Origin: Armatimonadota bacterium | GTDB taxonomy: Bacteria; Armatimonadota; Fimbriimonadia; Fimbriimonadales; GBS-DC | Direction of reading: 5' to 3' | Assembly (NCBI GenBank): GCA_013359125.1 | Contig: JABWCR010000001.1 | Location: 174,183-238,182 of the forward strand | DNA: 64,000 nucleotides | Shown here: one piece after another, positions 1 through 9,725 of the stretch | How positions within the stretch are numbered: position 1 is the stretch's first letter | Layout of the letters: the number at the start of each line of letters is the position of its first letter | Made by a program: the position numbers and the translations under genes | Notes under the pieces: model-generated | Seen by the model: the letters and a program-made list of their open reading frames with translations, nothing else | The model's database searches: none | What the model was told of the DNA's origin: nothing

Positions 1-249
1 GATATAGCGGAGCGACCCAGGTTTGGCCCAATCAGCCGTCCTCCTGGGGAGCCAACCCTATGCCGTTTAGTAATCCACATGCTCACGATGTCCGATATCA
101 ATATCAGGTGCCGATCGCGCCGACTTTCGGATTCTGAGCCTGTTCAGCGAACCGACGCCGTATCTTCTGCGTATGTAGAGTACTTCAGGTAGAGCCGACC
201 TTTCGGCTCGACCCCAAAATGCCAACAAGTGTGATTGAGGAGGTAACTC

Positions 250-1758
250 ATGAACAAAAAACTAATCATGGCTCTGGTCGGACTGGGAGCCGCATTGGGC
301 TTCGGCCTGGCCAAGTGGAGCGCTTTGCCTCCGCTCTCGTCCGTATTTGCTCAGGACGCTCGGACGATCAACTTCAGCCCGGAGGAGAAAGCGACGCTTT
401 CGTCCATGGAGTCGGCGTTGACGCGAGTGGCCGATGCCGTGCTGCCGTCCGTCGTGCACCTGCGAGTTGAAAAGCGAACCGGCCGTGCGCCCACTATCGA
501 GGACGATGGCGGCAACTCGGAGATTCCACAGGAGTTTCAGCGGTTCTTCCGCAATGTGCCTCAAATAGTTGAGGGGCAAGGCTCTGGAGTGATCATACGG
601 TCGGACGGATACATTTTGACCAACGATCATGTGGTGAGCGGCGCCGACAGCGTTCGCGTTATCTTTCACGATGGCAGTTCGACCACGGGCAAAGTGCTTC
701 GCGATCCCACGGGCGATCTGGCCATCGTTAAGGTGGAACGAAAAGGTCTTCCAGCAGCATCGTTGGGGGATAGCGGCACGGTCAAGCCGGGGCAGTTCGT
801 ATTCGCCATTGGCAGTCCGTTCGGCATATCTCAATCGTTCACGATGGGCATCGTTAGCGGCATAGGGCGCGAGCAGATGATCGGCGACAGCGGCGGTTCT
901 GCTAGGCTCTATCCCAATTTGATCCAGACCGACGCGGCTATCAACCAGGGCAATTCTGGCGGGCCGCTTGTCAATTCTCGAGGCGAGGTCGTCGGTATCA
1001 ACACGGCTATCGTCGGCAATCGATTCGGCGGAAGCGTCGGCGTTGGGTTTGCCATTCCGATCAACATGGCTAAGTTCTCGACCGCCCAGTTGATCGAGAA
1101 GGGCAAGGTGGAGCGAGGCTATCTGGGAATCACTCCAGAGGATGTAACGCCGGACGATGAGGACACCTATGGCGTGCCGAGGGGCGCGCTGGTGCGATCT
1201 GTGCAGAACGGATCGCCGGGCGCCAAGGCTGGTTTGCAGCCGGGCGACGTGGTGGCTGAGATCAATGGCAAGCCGATCCGAGGCGAAGGCGACCTGCGGG
1301 AGACCATTGCGATGCTGGCGCCCGAAAGCAAGGCCGCTTTGAAGGTCTTTCGAGACAAGAAGCCGACGATGTTGACGGTAACGTTGGGAGCGCGACCGGA
1401 GGACCCCGCATTGTCGAACAGAGGTCGAGCCGACGCTGAGCGACCCACCTCGACGACGAGCAACCTTGGCATCTCGGTTGCGCCTGTCAATGCCGAAGCG
1501 CGCTCTAAACTGGAAATGAGCGATAGCGATCCGGGCGTAGTCGTGCGATCGGTCTCTCAGAACAGCGAGGCCTCTCGCGCGGGGCTGATGCCGGGCGACG
1601 TGATCCGATCGGTAAACGGCAGGACGGTCCGAACGCCTGAGGAGTTTAAGGCCGAAACGGACAAGATTCGCTCGGGCAGCCAGGTTCGTTTGGTCTGCGT
1701 GAGGGCAATGGGCGACGGCGCCGTGATGCAGGTGCTGTTGTCGTTCCCGGCTCCTTAA
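250..1758 (+). CDS. htrA: HtrA/DegP-family serine endoprotease with two C-terminal PDZ domains
   Basis: 502-aa ORF with N-terminal hydrophobic signal/anchor; trypsin-fold motifs (ILTNDHVV, DLAIVKV, GNSGGPLVN) followed by two PDZ-like segments; GAGGAGG Shine-Dalgarno 6 nt upstream of ATG 250. Confidence 0.9.
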   Translation: MNKKLIMALVGLGAALGFGLAKWSALPPLSSVFAQDARTINFSPEEKATLSSMESALTRVADAVLPSVVHLRVEKRTGRAPTIEDDGGNSEIPQEFQRFFRNVPQIVEGQGSGVIIRSDGYILTNDHVVSGADSVRVIFHDGSSTTGKVLRDPTGDLAIVKVERKGLPAASLGDSGTVKPGQFVFAIGSPFGISQSFTMGIVSGIGREQMIGDSGGSARLYPNLIQTDAAINQGNSGGPLVNSRGEVVGINTAIVGNRFGGSVGVGFAIPINMAKFSTAQLIEKGKVERGYLGITPEDVTPDDEDTYGVPRGALVRSVQNGSPGAKAGLQPGDVVAEINGKPIRGEGDLRETIAMLAPESKAALKVFRDKKPTMLTVTLGARPEDPALSNRGRADAERPTSTTSNLGISVAPVNAEARSKLEMSDSDPGVVVRSVSQNSEASRAGLMPGDVIRSVNGRTVRTPEEFKAETDKIRSGSQVRLVCVRAMGDGAVMQVLLSFPAP

Positions 1759-1764
1759 AGCCTC

Positions 1765-1798
1765 ATGACCTCTTCCCCGACGCCGGGGAAGAGGTCAT
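1765..1798. terminator. GC-rich hairpin between convergent htrA and peptide-permease genes (candidate bidirectional terminator)
   Basis: Perfect 14-bp inverted repeat atgacctcttcccc / ggggaagaggtcat with 6-nt loop; overlaps the stop codon of the minus-strand permease; no clear U-tract. Confidence 0.5.
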
Positions 1799-2601
1799 CT
1801 CTTCATTTTCTGTTGCAGCCATTCTCCCACGAACGTAAAACTCATTACAACGAGGCTTAGCGACACGCACGGATAGATAAGCAGGCCAGGATTAGATCGC
1901 ATCTGCTCTCGCGCTTGGCTGATCATCGATCCCCAAGACGGATAGGGCGGTTGCACTCCCAAGCCGATGAAGCTGAGCGCCGATTCGGCCAAGATCAGGC
2001 CTGCGATTTCGACCGTTGCGGCGGCCAGCGCCGCCCGGGTCAGGTGCGGGAGGATGTGGCCTCGCAGAATGGCCAGCTCTGAGACGCCGATCGACTTTGC
2101 GGCGATCACGAACTCGCGCTCGCGCAAAGTGAGCGTCATGCCTCTCAAGAGTCGGGTCATACTGGGCCAGCCGACAACGATCAGGGCAACAAAGACGCCC
2201 TTGATGCCCGGCCCGCTGATTCCGATGATCAGGATGGCCAGGAGGATGTCGGGAAAGGCGAACATGGCGTCGGTCGCGCGCATGGCAACGGTGTCCCATC
2301 GGCCTCTAAAGTAGCCTGCGGTCGTGCCGATCAAGAAGGCAATAAACAGGGCAACGGCCTCTACGCCTAAGCCAACGCCCGCCGACACTCTTGCGCCGTA
2401 GATGAGGCGGCTCAGCACGTCGCGGCCCAGTTCGTCAGTGCCCAGCCAGTGCAAGGAGCTGGGCGGGTCTAAGGGCCGATCTCGATTCTGCATGTCGTAG
2501 GGGTAGGGCGCGATATAGGGCGCAAAGAGCGCGCAAGCGAGAAATAGGCCCAAGATGACGAAGCTAAAGGCCACCACCCAATCGATCTTGCCGCGTTTCA
2601 A
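1795..2601 (-). CDS. Peptide/nickel ABC transporter permease (DppC/OppC-like)
   Basis: 268-aa polytopic ORF; binding-protein-dependent transport inner-membrane component pattern with EAA-like loop (AAKSIGVSELAILRGHILPH); 4-nt overlap with upstream permease gene. Confidence 0.85.
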   Translation of the reverse strand: MKRGKIDWVVAFSFVILGLFLACALFAPYIAPYPYDMQNRDRPLDPPSSLHWLGTDELGRDVLSRLIYGARVSAGVGLGVEAVALFIAFLIGTTAGYFRGRWDTVAMRATDAMFAFPDILLAILIIGISGPGIKGVFVALIVVGWPSMTRLLRGMTLTLREREFVIAAKSIGVSELAILRGHILPHLTRAALAAATVEIAGLILAESALSFIGLGVQPPYPSWGSMISQAREQMRSNPGLLIYPCVSLSLVVMSFTFVGEWLQQKMKR

Positions 2602-3530
2602 CTCTTCTCGCCCCCTTGGCGAATGCGCGGGTCGAGCCAGTGATAGAGCAAGTCGACCGTTAGATTGACCAGCACGAACAGGGTCGCAAAGAGCAGAGTG
2701 GTCGCTTGGATGACCGGAAAATCGCGCTGCTGGATGGCCTGCACACCCTTGTAGCCCAGTCCTGGCACGCCAAACGCAGTCTCAACGATAAACGAGCCGG
2801 TCAACAGGAAGCCGAAACTGTTGCCGATGCCGGTTAGGGTAACGACCATCGAGTTGCGGAGCGCGTGCCGCCAGATTACTTCGCGGGCTGTCAGGCCTTT
2901 GGCATAGGCGGTGCGAATGTAGTCTTGCGAGAGAGCGTCCGTCATCGCGGTCCGCGCCAGCCGAGCGATCATCGCCATAGGTCGTGCGGCCAGAACGATG
3001 GCGGGCAGAACAAAGTACTCGGCGCCGTCCCATCCGGCTACCGGCAGCCATCCAAGTCTGACCGAGAAAATCAGGGCGAGCAACGGTGCGAGCACGAAGT
3101 TGGGCACAGTAACGCCCAGCAGGGCGACGGCCACGGCGATGCGATCAAGGGGCTTTTCTTTGTAGTAGGCGGCCGCCGAGCCCAGGGAAATGCCCAAGAG
3201 CGACGCGATCAGGATCGCGATCAGCGCCAGAGTCATGGTCGGGCCGAATCCTTGGACGATCACTTCGGAGACAGGTCTCTTGGAGTAGAACGAGAGGCCG
3301 AAATCGAACCGGACGGCGTTCTGGACAAAGTCGATGTACTGGATGTGGAGCGGCTTATCAAGGCCGTACTGGCTTCGCAATCGTTCGATCGTCTCGGGCG
3401 TCGCCTTTTCGCCCGCCATCAGCATGATGGGGTCGCCCGGGGCGAGTTGAGCCATCAAAAATGTAACGAGCGAGATGAACAGCAACGTCGGAATCAGCGC
3501 GAGCAGCCGTCGCCCGACGTATTTGGCCAT
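2598..3530 (-). CDS. Peptide/nickel ABC transporter permease (DppB/OppB-like)
   Basis: ORF track gives 2598..3653. I place the start at ATG 3530 (MAKYVGRRLLALIPTLL), the typical N-terminus of this family; it overlaps the stop of the upstream binding-protein gene by 1 nt. The 41-aa upstream extension looks non-protein-like. Confidence 0.85.
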   Translation of the reverse strand: MAKYVGRRLLALIPTLLFISLVTFLMAQLAPGDPIMLMAGEKATPETIERLRSQYGLDKPLHIQYIDFVQNAVRFDFGLSFYSKRPVSEVIVQGFGPTMTLALIAILIASLLGISLGSAAAYYKEKPLDRIAVAVALLGVTVPNFVLAPLLALIFSVRLGWLPVAGWDGAEYFVLPAIVLAARPMAMIARLARTAMTDALSQDYIRTAYAKGLTAREVIWRHALRNSMVVTLTGIGNSFGFLLTGSFIVETAFGVPGLGYKGVQAIQQRDFPVIQATTLLFATLFVLVNLTVDLLYHWLDPRIRQGGEKS

Positions 3531-5122
3531 TACTTCTTGTCGCGAACGATTTCGGTCGTTGTATGCGGCAAGTGCCCCATTAGGCTGTCCCGTATGCCCT
3601 GCACATAGGGTTTGATCAGCTCGATATCGCGTTGATAGTAGGTCGTGATCCAAGGGGCGTCGTCGATTGCGATCCGTTCGGCTTGGCGGTACATCGACAT
3701 GCGCTTGTCGTGGTCGCGCTCTTTATCGGCCATATCGCAGATGCGATCGAACTCAGGGTTGCTATATCCGAGGGTGTTTTCCGGCGTGTCGGTGTGGAGC
3801 ATGAGAGACAGAAAGTTCTGCGGATCGATGTAGTCTGCCGACCAACGGAGGTGATAGAAGGCCATCGTGCCCTTGTTGCGGGCTTCGAGGAACGCGCCCC
3901 ATTCCATCTCTTGAAGTTGGACAGAGATGTTTAGATTCTTCTTCCACATGTCGGCGGCTACTTCGCTCACCTTGCGCAGGTCGGGCGTCTTTTCTCGGAA
4001 GGTCAGCGTCAGCTTGGGCAGACCTTGTCCATTTGGATAACCAGCGTCTGCCAAGAGTTTTCTCGCGCGCTCGGGATCGTACGGCCAGCCGGGGAAATCG
4101 GGGTCGTAGCCGGGAATGCCAGGCGGCAGGATGCCGTTCGCGGGTTTGTTGACATCCAAAAGAGCCACACGAGCGGCCTCTTTGCGGTCGAACGCGAGCG
4201 CCAGCGCCTGCCGAACTCGCTTGTCCTTGAACGGCTCGTAGGCCTGTTGATTGAGCGCAAAGTAGAAGACGGCGGCACGGTCAAAGAATTGAAGCTGTTT
4301 GCTGAGTACGGGGTCGCGCTGGTCGGCCTGGAGGTCTCCCTTCTGCACATCGACCAGATCGACTTCGCCTCGCTCGAACATTTGGTGGCGGATGGTAGCG
4401 TCTAAAACGATCGGCCTTTCGATACCGTCTAAAGTAGGCCGTCCGTCGTGATAGTCTTCGTTGGCTGCAAGGATCACCTTTGAGTTCTTTCGGTATTCCT
4501 TGAGCTTAAACGGGCCTGTGCCGACCATGTTTTCGGCCGTGATCTTGCCGCCGCCCTTCTCGACCTCTTCTTTGCACAAGGCATACCAAGTCGGATAGGT
4601 CAGTTTGGCCAAGAAGTAGGCTTTGGGCGCGTCGATCTCGATTTCGAGCGTGTAATCGTCGATGGCGCGTATGCCTCTCGTTGTGTCTGCTTGGCCGTTC
4701 ATTCGCTCTTTGGCCCCGACCAGGTCGTTCAGGTACGTTCCGGCAGTGGGCGATAAGGTGTCCGGATCGAGGCATCGATCGACGCTATAGACAAAGTCCT
4801 CGGCTTTCAACTCGCGCCCGTTGTGGAACTTTACGCCCTGCTTGAGTTTGAAGGTGTAAGTTCGGCCATCTTCGCTGATCTCCCAGCTTTCGGCGATGTT
4901 CGGCATCAACTCGCTGCCGACTTCCCATCGGACTAACCCTTCGAAAACTTGGAACAGCATGTCGATGGTTGGGCCGTCCTCGACCAATGCGGGATCGAAG
5001 GTAGTCGGTTCTGTGGTAAGCGGATAGCGGAGCACGTTGCCAGCGGGCAACGAGGCGTCGCGCTTGCTGCAACCGGATATGAGCAGGGCGGCCAATCCGA
5101 CCGCGATGACAAGCGATTTCAT
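3530..5122 (-). CDS. ABC transporter substrate-binding lipoprotein, family 5 (peptide/nickel)
   Basis: 530-aa ORF; lipoprotein signal peptide (LLISGCSK); overall SBP_bac_5-like sequence pattern; first gene of SBP-permease-permease operon. No ATPase genes follow. Confidence 0.85.
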   Translation of the reverse strand: MKSLVIAVGLAALLISGCSKRDASLPAGNVLRYPLTTEPTTFDPALVEDGPTIDMLFQVFEGLVRWEVGSELMPNIAESWEISEDGRTYTFKLKQGVKFHNGRELKAEDFVYSVDRCLDPDTLSPTAGTYLNDLVGAKERMNGQADTTRGIRAIDDYTLEIEIDAPKAYFLAKLTYPTWYALCKEEVEKGGGKITAENMVGTGPFKLKEYRKNSKVILAANEDYHDGRPTLDGIERPIVLDATIRHQMFERGEVDLVDVQKGDLQADQRDPVLSKQLQFFDRAAVFYFALNQQAYEPFKDKRVRQALALAFDRKEAARVALLDVNKPANGILPPGIPGYDPDFPGWPYDPERARKLLADAGYPNGQGLPKLTLTFREKTPDLRKVSEVAADMWKKNLNISVQLQEMEWGAFLEARNKGTMAFYHLRWSADYIDPQNFLSLMLHTDTPENTLGYSNPEFDRICDMADKERDHDKRMSMYRQAERIAIDDAPWITTYYQRDIELIKPYVQGIRDSLMGHLPHTTTEIVRDKK

Positions 5123-5163
5123 GGGGCTGCAGTTCGACGCAGGGCGCGGCCTTCCTACCTATC

Positions 5164-5172
5164 GGGTAGAAT
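5164..5172 (+). promoter_or_regulatory. GGGTAGAAT box (candidate extended -10) for ispH
   Basis: GGGTAGAAT ends 9 nt before ATG 5182; member of the recurrent GGGTAnAnT family seen upstream of many genes in this window. Confidence 0.45.
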
Positions 5173-5181
5173 AACGGACCG

Positions 5182-6117
5182 ATGGCAACGCAATCCATTG
5201 AGGCTAAGCCAAAGATGAAGGTCGTATTGGCCGAGGTTTTTGGCTACTGCTGGGGCGTCAGGCGCGCCGTCGACATGGTCGAGCAGGCGCGCCAAGCGTT
5301 AGACGGCGAAATCACCACGCTGGGCCCCATCATTCACAACCCTCAGGTGATCGAGAAGCACAAGACCATGGGCATCGGTTTTCGGCCCAATCTTGACGAG
5401 ATTGGGGGCGGAACGGTAGTCTTGTCGGCGCACGGCGTCTCTCCAAGGGTTTCGGAGTTAGCGCGAGACAAGGGTCTGAACGTGATCGACGCGACTTGTC
5501 CTTATGTTACCAAGGTGCACCGGGCTGCCAAGAAAATGGCGCAGGAAGGGTATCAGATCGTCCTGGTGGGCGATCATGGTCATACCGAGGTCAAGGGCGT
5601 TCTGGGCGCGATCGAGCAGGTGGGCGGCGAGATTTACGTCGTTTCGAAGCCGGAAGAAGTGGCCGAACTGCCTTTAGGGCGAAAGGTGGGCGTGGTTACC
5701 CAGACGACGCAGACCGCTGCAAACTTTGGCGCGGTGTTGGCGGAAGTGGCCAAGCGAGCCTACGAGGTGCGGGCCTACAACACCATATGCGGAGCGACGG
5801 ACGAACTGCAGGCCGCGGCGGAGAAGCTGGCCAGCGAAGTCGAGGTCGTCATTGTCATTGGCGGACGCCCTAGCGCCAACACGCGGCGCCTGCGCGACAT
5901 CTGCGAAAAAGAGGGCGTGCCCGCTTACCATATTGAAACGAAGGAAGAGATTCAGAGCGAGTGGCTGCAGGGGAAGAGCGTTGTGGGCGTTACGGCGGGC
6001 GCTTCCACTCCGGATTGGCTTGTGGACGACGTGATACGCTACCTCTCCGATGGGGAGCAGCGCCTGCCCGAACGGCGGTTGTTGGCGGATGACGAGGTTC
6101 AGTCTGCCTACCATTAG
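5182..6117 (+). CDS. ispH: 4-hydroxy-3-methylbut-2-enyl diphosphate reductase
   Basis: 311-aa ORF; LytB/IspH pattern (FGYCWGVRRAV, SAHGVSP, ATCPYVTKVH, HTEV, TQTT, SANT). Start 5182 fits a leaderless transcript from the 5164 box; alternative start ATG 5215 (MKVVLAE) with weak GAGG upstream. Confidence 0.9.
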   Translation: MATQSIEAKPKMKVVLAEVFGYCWGVRRAVDMVEQARQALDGEITTLGPIIHNPQVIEKHKTMGIGFRPNLDEIGGGTVVLSAHGVSPRVSELARDKGLNVIDATCPYVTKVHRAAKKMAQEGYQIVLVGDHGHTEVKGVLGAIEQVGGEIYVVSKPEEVAELPLGRKVGVVTQTTQTAANFGAVLAEVAKRAYEVRAYNTICGATDELQAAAEKLASEVEVVIVIGGRPSANTRRLRDICEKEGVPAYHIETKEEIQSEWLQGKSVVGVTAGASTPDWLVDDVIRYLSDGEQRLPERRLLADDEVQSAYH

Positions 6118-7801
6118 AGCGGCGCTGGCCGTTCTAATCTCAGTTTCATGCGCCATGGCCGGCCAACCCGAGTTCCGAGGCTTCTGGGTCGATGGATTTA
6201 ACGAAGGCTTTCGCAATCCTCAAGAGACAGACAACTTAATCCGGCGCGTCCGCGCGGCCAACTGCAACGCTGTTATCGTGCAGATGCGCAAGCGGGGCGA
6301 CGCGCACTATTTTTCTCTGCTCGAGCCATGGGCGGCCAATCATCAAGAGGGCTACGATGCGTTGACGGATCTTATCGCCAAGTGCAGAGCCGCTGAGCCG
6401 CGGATTCAGGTGCACGTTTGGACGAACTGCCATCCCATCTGGCCAGCAGCCAGTTGGCCGCCCGATCCCAAACACGCATTAAACCGAATGCCGGAGATTC
6501 AGACCGAGGATGTTGACGGCAACCGTCGGACGGAAGTTGGCTATGGGTTGGATTGGGGTCATCCACAGGCGTCGGATTGGCTTTATCGGGTCTATATGGA
6601 CATTGCCCGTCGGTTCGATGTGGACGGGTTGCATTTTGACTACATTCGCTATACCGGCGAGCAGTGGGGCTATAACCCGGTCAGCGTCGAGCGATTCAAT
6701 CGAGCTCATGGACGGTCGGGCATTCCTGCCAAGGACGATCCGGCGTGGAAGCAGTGGCGGCGGGATCAGGTAACCCAATTGGTGCGCAAGATCTATGTGG
6801 GCGCCGCGGCCGTCAGGCCCTCGATCGTCGTCAGCGCGGCCCTGATTACTTGGAACAACGGCCCCGTTCGGGATGAGGAGTGGACGAACAGCGCGGCCTA
6901 TCGAGCGGTCTTTCAAGATTGGCGCGGCTGGATGGAAGAGGGCATCTTGGATTTGGCCATTCCAATGGTTTATTACGCTCGGAGCAACGAACGGTACCGC
7001 GGCTGGTACGAGAACTGGGTGCGTTTTATCCTGCGACATCAGTATGGCCGTCGGGCTGTCATCGGGGTTGGCAATTACTTAAACTCGATCGAGGATACGA
7101 TTTACCAGATTGGGTTTGCGCGAGAGGGCGGGAAGGCGCTGGGCGTCAACTTCTTCTCTTATGCGGCGACACGGCGAGAGGGAACGGAGTACGCCATGCA
7201 CGACGAGGGTTTCTATAAGGCGATGGGCGATTACTTTGGTCCGCCAGTACCTGCCCCAGAACTTCCGTGGAAAGTCGAGCGGACGGTCGGCCATCTGCGC
7301 GGCGCGATCGTCAATGGCGACTTGGAACCGTTAGATTGGGTCGAAGTACGGCTTACAGATCGAGACAGCAGGGTCCGGACGACGCGCACGGACGGATGCG
7401 GCGCTTATGCGTTTGCCAACTTGCCGCCCGGTCGATACCGTCTTCAAGTGGGAGAGATCGACAGCGTTTTCTTGGTTTCCGAAGGATTAGTCTCGACCGT
7501 CAATCTCTTGACGGACAGAGAGAAGTTAGTGAGCAACATCGACGACTTGCCGGGTGTGAAGAAGGGCTCGGACGTTGTGCTGATGGACAAGCGGGTGGTC
7601 TTTGCCGACGTGGAGTTGGGGCAGATCATCGTCGAAGATCTCATGGGGAGCAAGCGGCTCACCGTCGGTGCTCGCACCAAGATACCGCTAACGCAGGGCG
7701 ATCTCGTCGCGTTATCTTTCAAGGCGGGCGATTCGGCTGCAAAGGTACAATTCCTGACGGCAGATAGGCCCGCCAATGCAGCGCAGGGGGGCGGACGATG
7801 A
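6089..7801 (+). CDS. Secreted glycoside-hydrolase-like family 10 (GHL10/YngK-like) protein with C-terminal carboxypeptidase-regulatory-like domain
   Basis: Start moved to ATG 6089 (MTRFSLPTIRAALAVLISVSCAMA signal peptide). EFRGFWVDGFN motif typical of the GHL10/DUF187 family. Later segment GRYRLQV resembles a CarboxypepD_reg beta-sandwich. Overlaps ispH 3' end by 29 nt. Confidence 0.6.
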   Translation: MTRFSLPTIRAALAVLISVSCAMAGQPEFRGFWVDGFNEGFRNPQETDNLIRRVRAANCNAVIVQMRKRGDAHYFSLLEPWAANHQEGYDALTDLIAKCRAAEPRIQVHVWTNCHPIWPAASWPPDPKHALNRMPEIQTEDVDGNRRTEVGYGLDWGHPQASDWLYRVYMDIARRFDVDGLHFDYIRYTGEQWGYNPVSVERFNRAHGRSGIPAKDDPAWKQWRRDQVTQLVRKIYVGAAAVRPSIVVSAALITWNNGPVRDEEWTNSAAYRAVFQDWRGWMEEGILDLAIPMVYYARSNERYRGWYENWVRFILRHQYGRRAVIGVGNYLNSIEDTIYQIGFAREGGKALGVNFFSYAATRREGTEYAMHDEGFYKAMGDYFGPPVPAPELPWKVERTVGHLRGAIVNGDLEPLDWVEVRLTDRDSRVRTTRTDGCGAYAFANLPPGRYRLQVGEIDSVFLVSEGLVSTVNLLTDREKLVSNIDDLPGVKKGSDVVLMDKRVVFADVELGQIIVEDLMGSKRLTVGARTKIPLTQGDLVALSFKAGDSAAKVQFLTADRPANAAQGGGR

Positions 7802-8829
7802 TAATCGCAATGGGACACGGGGCGACGGAAGATCAGATCAGGGCGGTGCTTGAGCGCATTCACGACGAAGGGCTCAAGACCGTAACGCTGCCGGGCGGGG
7901 ATCGGATCGCCATCGGCATCCCCAGCGCGATCGAACCGGACGTACGGGCGCGTTTGGACGAGGCTCTGAGCGCGATGGACGGCGTCGATCATGTCGCGCA
8001 CGTCTCTCGCCCGTACAAATTGGCCGGCAGAGAGTTTCATCCGCAGATGAGCATCGTGCGCATCAATGGCGTAGAGATCGGGGGCGATCGTGCCGTTGTG
8101 ATGGCCGGGCCGTGCGCGGTCGAGTCGCACGAACAACTGTTGGAGGCCGCGCGCGCGGTGAAGCAGGCCGGAGCCAGTATCTTGAGGGCGGGAGCGTATA
8201 AGCCGCGCACGTCGCCCTACTCCTTTCAGGGTCTGCACGACAAGGGTCTGAAAATTCTGCAGGAGGTCGCCAAGGATGTCGGACTTTTGTCCGTTACCGA
8301 GGTGATGGGGCCGGGCGATGTGGAACTCGTTGCCGAACATGCCGACATCCTACAGATCGGCGCGCGCAACATGCAGAACTATCCTCTGTTGATTGCGGCT
8401 GGCAAGACGCAGAAGCCGTTGCTGCTCAAGCGGTCTCCCAGCGCGACGATCGACGAATGGCTAGGCTCGGCCGAGTATCTTCTGGCTCAAGGCAACGAGC
8501 GAGTGATGCTGTGCGAGCGGGGAATTGTTGCGATCGATCGCACCTACGCCCGAAACACGCTGGATTTGAACGCGGTGCCAGTGATCAAGCAGCACTCGCA
8601 TTTGCCGATTATCGTCGATCCCAGCCATGGCACGGGGCATAGTCGATATGTGGCTGCGATGGCTTTGGCGGGATTGGCGGCGGGCGCGGACGGTCTGATG
8701 ATCGAGATGCATCCCCATCCCGAGAAGGCGCTTTCGGACGGCGCGCAATCGCTGACGCCAACGGCCTTTGCCGAATTGATGGCGCAAGCCTCGCAGCTGT
8801 GCCAGACGCTAGGCCGCACGCTTGGTTGA
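7798..8829 (+). CDS. 3-deoxy-7-phosphoheptulonate (DAHP) synthase, type I-beta with N-terminal ferredoxin-like regulatory domain
   Basis: 343-aa ORF; about 70-aa N-terminal ACT/FL-like domain then KDSA/DAHP core motifs (GPCAVES, RAGAYKPRTSPYSFQG, IGARNMQN, KRS, DPSH); ATGA overlap with upstream gene. Confidence 0.85.
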   Translation: MIIAMGHGATEDQIRAVLERIHDEGLKTVTLPGGDRIAIGIPSAIEPDVRARLDEALSAMDGVDHVAHVSRPYKLAGREFHPQMSIVRINGVEIGGDRAVVMAGPCAVESHEQLLEAARAVKQAGASILRAGAYKPRTSPYSFQGLHDKGLKILQEVAKDVGLLSVTEVMGPGDVELVAEHADILQIGARNMQNYPLLIAAGKTQKPLLLKRSPSATIDEWLGSAEYLLAQGNERVMLCERGIVAIDRTYARNTLDLNAVPVIKQHSHLPIIVDPSHGTGHSRYVAAMALAGLAAGADGLMIEMHPHPEKALSDGAQSLTPTAFAELMAQASQLCQTLGRTLG

Positions 8830-9725
8830 TGCGGGCGATCATTCTGGGCGGCTCGGGATTTATCGGTCGAGGTCTAGAGAACGGGTTCGACGAGCGGGGA
8901 TGGGAGACTTTCATCTTAACTCGGCGCGAGCCGAAACGCCCAAACGAAATCCAGTGGGACGGGGTATCGGGCGCCGCTTGGGCTGACTTGGTCGACGAAT
9001 CGACCGTCCTTGTCAACTTGGCAGGTGCGTCCGTCGCGCAACGGTGGACGCCCGTTGTGCGGCAGTTGCTGAAGGACAGCCGCGTCTTGCCGTCCAAGGC
9101 GATGGTGGAGGCTTGTGCGGATCGGCGTCCTGCGATGGTCGTACAGGCGTCGGCCATTGGGATCTATGGCCCGTCGGGAGACGAGGCGACGGAGGATACT
9201 CCGCCGAGCGACGACTTTCTAGGTCGGTTGGCAGTCGAGTGGGAGGAGGCTTCTGCTCCATTCGACCAGATGGGCGTGCCACGGGCGATTGCGCGGATCG
9301 GCATCGTGTTAGAGAAGGACGGCGGAATGCTGGGGAAGATGGCGCCGCCGTTTAGATTCTTCGTCGGGGGGCCGTTGGGCAACGGACGGCAGTGCATTCC
9401 GTGGGTGCACCGCGAAGATTTGGTTCAAGCGTTGCTCCTCATGATCGATAGACGGCTCGCCGGGCCTTACAACATTGTCGCGCCCAATCCGGTCAGTATG
9501 GACGAGTTTGCCCGAACATTGGGCAAAATATTGGGGCGTCCTGCACTTTTTCGAGCGCCTGCGTTCGTTCTGCGGGCGATGTTTGGCGAGATGGCGGACT
9601 ACACGATCCTAGCCGGTCGGCCTGTCAGCGGACAGAAGTTGACGGATGCCGGTTTTCAGTACCGATACGAACGGCTTGAGGAAGCATTGAGGGCGATCTT
9701 TAGCCGTTCATCAGAGGCCGCTTGA
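8829..9725 (+). CDS. YfcH/TIGR01777-like NAD-dependent epimerase family protein
   Basis: Start at ATG 8829 (MRAIILGGSGFIGRGL Rossmann motif) overlapping the DAHP synthase stop by 1 nt; C-terminal DUF1731-like segment (GQKLTDAGFQYRY). Confidence 0.75.
   Translation: MRAIILGGSGFIGRGLENGFDERGWETFILTRREPKRPNEIQWDGVSGAAWADLVDESTVLVNLAGASVAQRWTPVVRQLLKDSRVLPSKAMVEACADRRPAMVVQASAIGIYGPSGDEATEDTPPSDDFLGRLAVEWEEASAPFDQMGVPRAIARIGIVLEKDGGMLGKMAPPFRFFVGGPLGNGRQCIPWVHREDLVQALLLMIDRRLAGPYNIVAPNPVSMDEFARTLGKILGRPALFRAPAFVLRAMFGEMADYTILAGRPVSGQKLTDAGFQYRYERLEEALRAIFSRSSEAA

Noticed and set aside
1-209. Possible 3' end of an upstream plus-strand gene (open frame 1..189, stop 190..192) followed by hairpin gagccga-cctt-tcggctc (192..209)
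   Set aside because: The 63-codon translation is Arg/Ser-rich with weak third-position GC bias, and no family motif is visible. The hairpin lacks a U-tract. It cannot be supported without the upstream sequence.
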